Part shown: one piece after another, positions 27,622 through 32,738 of the stretch | Position numbering within the stretch: the stretch's first letter is position 1 | Layout: each line of letters begins with the position of its first letter | Assembly: GCA_015491615.1 (NCBI GenBank) | Contig: WFVN01000138.1 | Span: forward strand, 1 to 32,738 | DNA length: 32,738 nt | Reading direction: 5' to 3' | DNA from: Gammaproteobacteria bacterium | GTDB taxonomy: Bacteria > Pseudomonadota > Gammaproteobacteria > S012-40 | Program-made: the position numbers and the translations under genes | The notes under the pieces: model-generated | What the model was told of the DNA's origin: nothing | The model's database searches: none | What the model saw: the letters and a program-made list of their open reading frames with translations, nothing else

Positions 27622-28674
27622 TCACGGGCAAACGTCGGTCACCCCATCGGCACCCACGCCCGTGGGGCTGGGATTGCCATCCGTGCCCACCAAGCAGGGA
27701 TTGGGACCGAAGTTGCCGTCCCAGTTCCAGGGTCCGGCCTGGAACAGACTGAAGTAGGCGATGGGATTGGGCGTCTGGGGCGAGCCGACCACCTCGTAAG
27801 CCTGGTAGCCGAACATGCTGCCCATCATGCCGCCGGTCATACCGCCGCCACCACCCGTACCACCGGTACCAACGGTGGAAGTCAAGTCGATGGACTGACC
27901 GATCCAGGTGGCCTTGATGTTGTCACCCGGATTGTAGGTGAGGGAGTCCCCCGTGGGCAGGCTGGCGGTACCGGAAGCGTTCATCCGGGTACCGGCGAGC
28001 TGACGCAGGGTGAACACCTGCAGATCGGTGGGGGCACCCACCGCGCCTTGCTGCAGACCCACCACCTGGTCCAACTCCATGGTGAAGCCGTCGGGCTGGC
28101 CGTCTCCGTCGCTGTCGACGTCCGCGGCATAGAAGAAGTTGCTCACGAAGTCATCGGCATAGCCGGCGCCACCGGCATTCTCCAGAATTTGGTCGATGAC
28201 GATGGTGTCGGCATTGGGATCCAGCCCCCAACCGGTGGCGAGGCTGGTGTTGGCAGCGAACACGGTGCCGTCGGGCGTGGTCTGGTTGATGGTCTGCTTA
28301 CCGATGATGCCCTGCGGGTTGGCGCCGCCGCCACCACCGAAGTTGACGGTCATAAGAACCACCGTCTCGTCGGCGAAGCTGGGCGCCGTGAGGGTGGGGT
28401 CGACCGTGGCATTCTGGTCGGTGACGATGGTGCGGATGTAGGCATCGGTGGCACCCGCCTGCTGCATGCTCAATTGCAGGAAGCCGTTACCCTCGGCGAT
28501 GACGCCGCAGGTCCACCCCGCCGGACAGTTGTAGCTGATGGCCCCGTTATTGGCGGTCCACTGATCGAAGGTCTTGACCTCGATGGGGACTGCGGCGGAA
28601 CTCGCCCCGGCATACATCGCCGCCAACGCCCCCGCGAGCGCAGTCATTTTGATGAACTCCTTCCCCGTACGCAT
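27622..28674 (-). CDS. Hypothetical secreted acidic Gly/Thr-rich protein (350 aa), family unrecognised
   Basis: GAGGAGG RBS before ATG 28674; signal peptide ending ASSA/A; strongly biased codons (GGT/GGC, ACC, AAC); flanked by its own promoter and terminator. Confidence 0.85.
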   Translation of the reverse strand: MRTGKEFIKMTALAGALAAMYAGASSAAVPIEVKTFDQWTANNGAISYNCPAGWTCGVIAEGNGFLQLSMQQAGATDAYIRTIVTDQNATVDPTLTAPSFADETVVLMTVNFGGGGGANPQGIIGKQTINQTTPDGTVFAANTSLATGWGLDPNADTIVIDQILENAGGAGYADDFVSNFFYAADVDSDGDGQPDGFTMELDQVVGLQQGAVGAPTDLQVFTLRQLAGTRMNASGTASLPTGDSLTYNPGDNIKATWIGQSIDLTSTVGTGGTGGGGGMTGGMMGSMFGYQAYEVVGSPQTPNPIAYFSLFQAGPWNWDGNFGPNPCLVGTDGNPSPTGVGADGVTDVCP

Positions 28675-28806
28675 AGCAACCTCCTCGTTCTTGGTTGGCT
28701 TTCGGTTGACCCATCCCGCCATCCTTTGGCGGGACCTTGGAACGAACTGCACGTCCTGTTCCAGGACCAACGCCCCTTCCTGGAGCGCTGCGCAGTCTTA
28801 CCTCTC

Positions 28807-28835
28807 AAGCTAGCAATGACCTCGTTCGAAGTCAA
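28807..28835 (-). promoter_or_regulatory. sigma70 promoter of the secreted-protein gene
   Basis: Minus strand TTGACT-N17-TAGCTT with extended -10 TG and an upstream A-tract. Confidence 0.72.
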
Positions 28836-28932
28836 GTTTTTGGCTGCCTTATTCTCCATGGAGTTTTCCGTTTTCAGGCACCAAAAACACAAGCTTTTGA
28901 TTGAAAGATGTTTTTGCACCTCCTGAACGAGT

Positions 28933-29568
28933 CTAGCGGTTCAAATAGCCGTAGAACACGCGGTTGAGGTAGCGCAAGTTCCTTTGCCCGCGGCCCACGT
29001 CCAGGCGTGTCGCCGAGGCGTAGTCCAGGGTGAGCCAGCGATAGCGCGCCAGGGGCAGGCCCAGGGTACGCGCCAGATACACCCGCAGCGGGCCCACGTG
29101 ACTCACCACGGCGATGCGCTCGCCCGGATGGCGCGCGAGGATGGCCTCGATGGCCGGGCACACCCGTTCGGCCAGTTGGTGGACAGTCTCGCCATCCGCC
29201 GGGGCGTAGCCGGCCTGGTCGGCCTTCCAGGCGCGGAATCCGTCGGGGTCGCCAGCCTGGATCTGGTCGAAGGTGAGCCCTTCCCAGACACCGAAGCGGC
29301 GCTCCACCAGTTCCGGCACCAGGATCACCTCGCAGCCGGCGGTAGCGGCCACGGCCTCGGCGGTCTGCCGCGCCCGGGCCACCGGGCTGGCATAGACCGC
29401 CGCCAGCCCTTCGCCGGCCAGTCCCTGCGCCAGGGCCTCGGCCTGCCTGCGGCCGTTTTCGTTGAGGGGCGGATCTTCCCGCTCGTCGCAGTAGATGCGG
29501 TCGAGAGGAAAGTCCGTCTCTCCGTGACGGCACAGGTACAGGTCGGTGCTCGGTTCCTTTTCTCTCAT
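28933..29568 (-). CDS. Histidine phosphatase superfamily protein (PGAM/CobC-like)
   Basis: LYLCRHGET, YASPVARARQTA, LVERRFGVWEG, GET and VVSHVG. Confidence 0.9.
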   Translation of the reverse strand: MREKEPSTDLYLCRHGETDFPLDRIYCDEREDPPLNENGRRQAEALAQGLAGEGLAAVYASPVARARQTAEAVAATAGCEVILVPELVERRFGVWEGLTFDQIQAGDPDGFRAWKADQAGYAPADGETVHQLAERVCPAIEAILARHPGERIAVVSHVGPLRVYLARTLGLPLARYRWLTLDYASATRLDVGRGQRNLRYLNRVFYGYLNR

Positions 29569-29643
29569 CGCGGTCCTCTCGTCCTCCCACGGGCCATCCC
29601 GGAGGAGGCTTCGCTTTGGCTATCGGCCAATTACATCACAGTT

Positions 29644-30327
29644 TTAGGGTTTTGTGGCGTGCCAACTCTCGGGAAGAATGAAGGCCCGGATGCGCGTGGC
29701 ATCGGGGCTGAGACCCAGCGCCTCGGCGAGGGCGGCGAAGGGGGCCGTATCGCCCTGGACGAGGGAGTGGCTGGCGATCTCGCGCCACCAGGCGACACCG
29801 GCGCACAGGGCCTGCAGGCGCCGCAGGTAGGCTTCGGCCCAGTCCCGCCATTGGGCTTCGCTGAGGCCGTGCTGGGCCATGAAGGGAGTGCGCTGGCAGG
29901 AGCGGATGACATCGTCCACGGGGCGTTCGACGATCACCCAGCGGGCCTGCGGGAAGGCCTGCGCCCACAGGGGCCACAGGAGGGTGAGCTTGGCGTCCTT
30001 GAACAGCCAGGGACGGCTGCCATCGTAGCCTTCGTCCCGCAGGATGCAGTGGACGGTCTCGCGCAGGTTGTCCACCGGCAGGAGTTCGTCGGGGGCAGGC
30101 AGGCGGCGCACGCCCAAGGGGTCCATGCCGAGGGCCCGGAGAATGCCTTTGTCGACCCCTTCGCGCAGGGCGACGTTCTCGAAAAAGCCGCGGGGATTGG
30201 GGGGGCCGCCGGGGACGGTACGACCCACCCAGGCGCCGCTCTCGGCCAACAGACCGGCCACCAGAGAAGTGCCCGAACGGGGCAGGCCGGTGACGAGGAT
30301 GGGACGGTCCCAGTGGTCGGACGTCAT
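29644..30327 (-). CDS. PAPS-dependent sulfotransferase-like protein
   Basis: 5'-PSB loop ILVTGLPRSGTS, NPRGFFEN, W.FKD and 3'-PB-like IVERPVDDVIRS; ATGA overlap with the lipoate ligase stop. Confidence 0.82.
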   Translation of the reverse strand: MTSDHWDRPILVTGLPRSGTSLVAGLLAESGAWVGRTVPGGPPNPRGFFENVALREGVDKGILRALGMDPLGVRRLPAPDELLPVDNLRETVHCILRDEGYDGSRPWLFKDAKLTLLWPLWAQAFPQARWVIVERPVDDVIRSCQRTPFMAQHGLSEAQWRDWAEAYLRRLQALCAGVAWWREIASHSLVQGDTAPFAALAEALGLSPDATRIRAFILPESWHATKP

Positions 30328-31397
30328 TCGCGGTGCACGGCGTTGAGGATGGCGGTGACCACGTCTTCGGGTTCCACGCCGGGAATCTGTAGCCCCAGTT
30401 CCCGGTAGGCGCGGGCCACCGCGGCGAGCAGAGGCTCACGTTCCAGGGGCAAGCCGCGCAGGCGCTCGTCGAGGCGCAGGACGCCGTTCTCCGGCCAGCA
30501 GGTGAAGTCGCCGCTCACCAGGAGGTCGGCGATGCGACCGTCCTTGACCAGGAGCTGCACCCGCAGGAGCCCGCCGGGGGCCTTGTGGGCGGCCTCGGTG
30601 AGGTGGGTGTCGGCGGCAATCTTGACCCCCATCTCGACGAATTTGCGTCCCATTTGATAGGTCCATTCGGGGTCGGCCAGTTCCCGTTCCGCCCGTTCGA
30701 TGGCGGCCAGTTCGTGCTCGCCGGGTTCGTCCAGGACCGGCTCGACCCCGAGGACGGCGGCCACCTGGCACAGGAACTCCGCCTGCACCGCCGCGCGCGG
30801 GGGGGCTTCCCCCAGTTCCTTGCGCAGGGTGGTCATGTAGTCGTCCAGGCCCTGACGGAGCTTGTCGCGGAATTTCTCCGAGGGCACGCGCAGGCAGCGG
30901 GCCATGGTCTCGGTGTCGAAGTCGAACAGGAAGCTGCCCACCATGACCACCGCCTCGCCGATGTGGGCGGCGCCGGTGCCGCCGATCTTGCGCCCGTGCA
31001 CATGGATGTCGTTGATAGGGCGGAAGCGTGCGTCCACCCCCAAGGCCTGGTAGGTGCGTGCCACCGGCTCGATGAAGCGGGGGTAGATCTCCAGCACCTG
31101 TCCGGGCACCAAGTGACGGGGGAAGATGAAGTGGAAGAAGAGCTGGTTGCTGTCGAGGAGGACGGCGCCGCCTCCCACGTGGCGGCGGATCACCGGCAGG
31201 CCGTGTTGCCGACACCAGGCCTCGTCCACTTCCAGGGCGATCTCCTGGTGCAGGCCCACGCAGACGTAAGGGGCGTCGGGGGAGACGAGAGTGAGCACGG
31301 GGTCGTCGTCCCGCCCCAACGCCTCGGCCACGCCGTGATAGACGGCCTGGGAGCGCAGGGGCGAGACGGTACCGAAGTCGAGGACGCGCAGGCGCAT
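30324..31397 (-). CDS. Lipoate-protein ligase A family protein (catalytic plus C-terminal domain)
   Basis: RRHVGGGAV, NDIHVHGRKIGG (catalytic Lys), MTTL and C-terminal KAPGGLL...SGDF. Confidence 0.88.
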   Translation of the reverse strand: MRLRVLDFGTVSPLRSQAVYHGVAEALGRDDDPVLTLVSPDAPYVCVGLHQEIALEVDEAWCRQHGLPVIRRHVGGGAVLLDSNQLFFHFIFPRHLVPGQVLEIYPRFIEPVARTYQALGVDARFRPINDIHVHGRKIGGTGAAHIGEAVVMVGSFLFDFDTETMARCLRVPSEKFRDKLRQGLDDYMTTLRKELGEAPPRAAVQAEFLCQVAAVLGVEPVLDEPGEHELAAIERAERELADPEWTYQMGRKFVEMGVKIAADTHLTEAAHKAPGGLLRVQLLVKDGRIADLLVSGDFTCWPENGVLRLDERLRGLPLEREPLLAAVARAYRELGLQIPGVEPEDVVTAILNAVHRE

Positions 31398-32624
31398 TCA
31401 GACGATTCCCGGGATGAAGCGGTAGCGGACGCGGCGCATGTACCAGCGGTATTCGGGATACTGGCGCAGGTGGCGTTCCTCGGTCAAACAGCGGGCCACG
31501 TAGAGCGCGCTCCAGCCGAGCATGCCGAACAGCCAGGGCCAGGACCAGAAGGCGCCGTACACCCCCGCCTGGAGCCACCAGAAAGTGAGTTTGCAGGTGG
31601 TGGCGGGGTGGCGTACGAGGCCGTAGGGGCCGCGCCATTGGAGGCGCTTGAAGGTGATGTTGGCGCCGGAGGGCCCAAGGGAGAGGTCGCTGTAAATGAG
31701 GGCGGCGAGGAGTGCAGTGAGCACCACCTGGAAGGCGAGAACGGCGCCGGCGTCGGGAAGCAGGAGGGTCTGTGGGGCGGCGGTGCCCACGTTGGGGCCG
31801 AAGGGGAAGATGAGGCCGGTGACCTGGTTCATGGGCGCGTAGCAGGCCAGACACACCAACCAGCCGGAGAGGGTGGTGTCGATGGAGCGGCTGCGGTTTT
31901 CCATCCAGCGGGATTCCAGGCCGTAGGCGGCGGAGGCGGCGATGGCGTCGGCCGCCCACAGGAGGCTGGAGAGCCAGGCCAGGGCAACCAGATCGAAGCC
32001 ACCGCCCCACTGCCCCGCCAGGCGTACCGCCTGGTCCAGGTTGACCCCCACCTGTCCCACCATGACGGGGATGAAGTAGGCACGCGAGAGGAGGTTCAAC
32101 AGGACCTTGCGGTTGCCCCAATTGCGCCAGGCGCGCCGGCGCAGGCGATACCCGGGCCACAGGCTGCGCAGCAGTTGCCACAGGCGCACGGCGGGGTCGT
32201 GATAGTCCTCCACCGGGCTGGCGCGCAGACGCAGGGTGAGGAGGAAATAGGGCAGGCCCAAGGGCAGGTAGAGATCCCACAGGGCCCGCAGGAAGGCGGT
32301 GGTGTGTTCCAGCCCCCGGTAGTAGGGGTGGTGGGCGAAGAAGGCCCGGGCCAGCCACAGGAGGGCGCCCCAGATCAGGTAACGCGCGAGGGCGCGCGGG
32401 AGCAGGTGCGACCAGGGCCGGGCGTCGATCCGGTAGTGGCCGAGTCCCCGCCCCTGGCGCCAGGCGTTCATGATCCCCCAGAGGGCGGCGAGGATCAGGG
32501 GCGGCCAGTGGAAGTGTTCGCCGATGCCGCCTTGCCGTGCCGCCCAGAGATAGGCCCCCGTCACCACGGCGAGGGCGGCGGCGACGTAGGCGTGCGGCGA
32601 GAGGTTGAAACTGCGCGGATCCAC
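31398..32624 (-). CDS. Polytopic membrane protein with C-terminal ICMT/PEMT-like methyltransferase domain
   Basis: Multiple TM segments; GPYGLVRHP and ARCLTEERHL...EY..Y...VRYRFIPG at the C-terminus. GTG start is uncertain; the stop abuts the lipoate ligase ATG. Confidence 0.78.
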   Translation of the reverse strand: MDPRSFNLSPHAYVAAALAVVTGAYLWAARQGGIGEHFHWPPLILAALWGIMNAWRQGRGLGHYRIDARPWSHLLPRALARYLIWGALLWLARAFFAHHPYYRGLEHTTAFLRALWDLYLPLGLPYFLLTLRLRASPVEDYHDPAVRLWQLLRSLWPGYRLRRRAWRNWGNRKVLLNLLSRAYFIPVMVGQVGVNLDQAVRLAGQWGGGFDLVALAWLSSLLWAADAIAASAAYGLESRWMENRSRSIDTTLSGWLVCLACYAPMNQVTGLIFPFGPNVGTAAPQTLLLPDAGAVLAFQVVLTALLAALIYSDLSLGPSGANITFKRLQWRGPYGLVRHPATTCKLTFWWLQAGVYGAFWSWPWLFGMLGWSALYVARCLTEERHLRQYPEYRWYMRRVRYRFIPGIV

Positions 32625-32738
32625 GGAGAGCGCAGGGGCAAGATCCGGGCCGGAAGTGCGAACGAAGAGCCTCGATCGGGTGACTCAGGCACAGGAGGGG
32701 TCTCGCCCCATGGTAACGGTCACGGACGACGTAGGGCC

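Noticed and set aside
28693-28711. Hairpin GGTTGGC-TTTCG-GTTGACC in the leader
   Set aside because: It pairs only on the + strand through G-U pairs; on the transcribed minus strand these become A-C mismatches.
30436-32358. 640-aa minus-strand ORF
   Set aside because: Alternate-frame Arg/Pro/Gly-rich ORF spanning two well-supported genes.
32685-32738. Possible 3' end of an upstream minus-strand CDS
   Set aside because: Too short to determine frame or product.
1-32738. tRNA, rRNA, CRISPR array, IS/integrase, selenocysteine read-through
   Set aside because: I saw no such sequences, spaced repeats or interrupted genes by eye; dedicated scans would be needed to exclude small RNAs.

Overview
High-GC window that looks gammaproteobacterial (inferred from gene content and order; no finer taxon can be supported). 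It has three parts. (1) Positions 1-14236 are a housekeeping block: a partial NDUFA9-like SDR, Slt70-type lytic transglycosylase, NAD(P)-dependent aldehyde/succinate-semialdehyde dehydrogenase, an HDOD protein, a putative outer-membrane protein, a Pho-box-controlled pstC-pstA-pstB-phoU operon lacking pstS, a cupin, and divergent speA/speE. (2) Positions ~14240-16320 are a visibly lower-GC insert with one beta-lactamase-family serine hydrolase lipoprotein. (3) Positions 16327-32624 are an accessory cluster I cannot match to any named pathway. It encodes 13 CXXCH heme-c motifs over four proteins (a 6-motif multidomain cytochrome with a recent 300-bp internal duplication, a pentaheme cytochrome, a heme-c-bearing GGDEF/EAL sensor and a monoheme cytochrome), an NHL-propeller lipoprotein, two paralogous stand-alone Reg_prop propellers, a LolA-like protein and an atypical class II methyltransferase. 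It also encodes an acidic secreted protein with its own sigma70 promoter, structured GGA-loop leader and terminator, plus a histidine phosphatase, sulfotransferase, lipoate ligase and ICMT-like membrane protein. This cluster is the best candidate for an undescribed system. I saw no rRNA, tRNA, CRISPR array or transposase. All family calls come from motif reading, not database searches.
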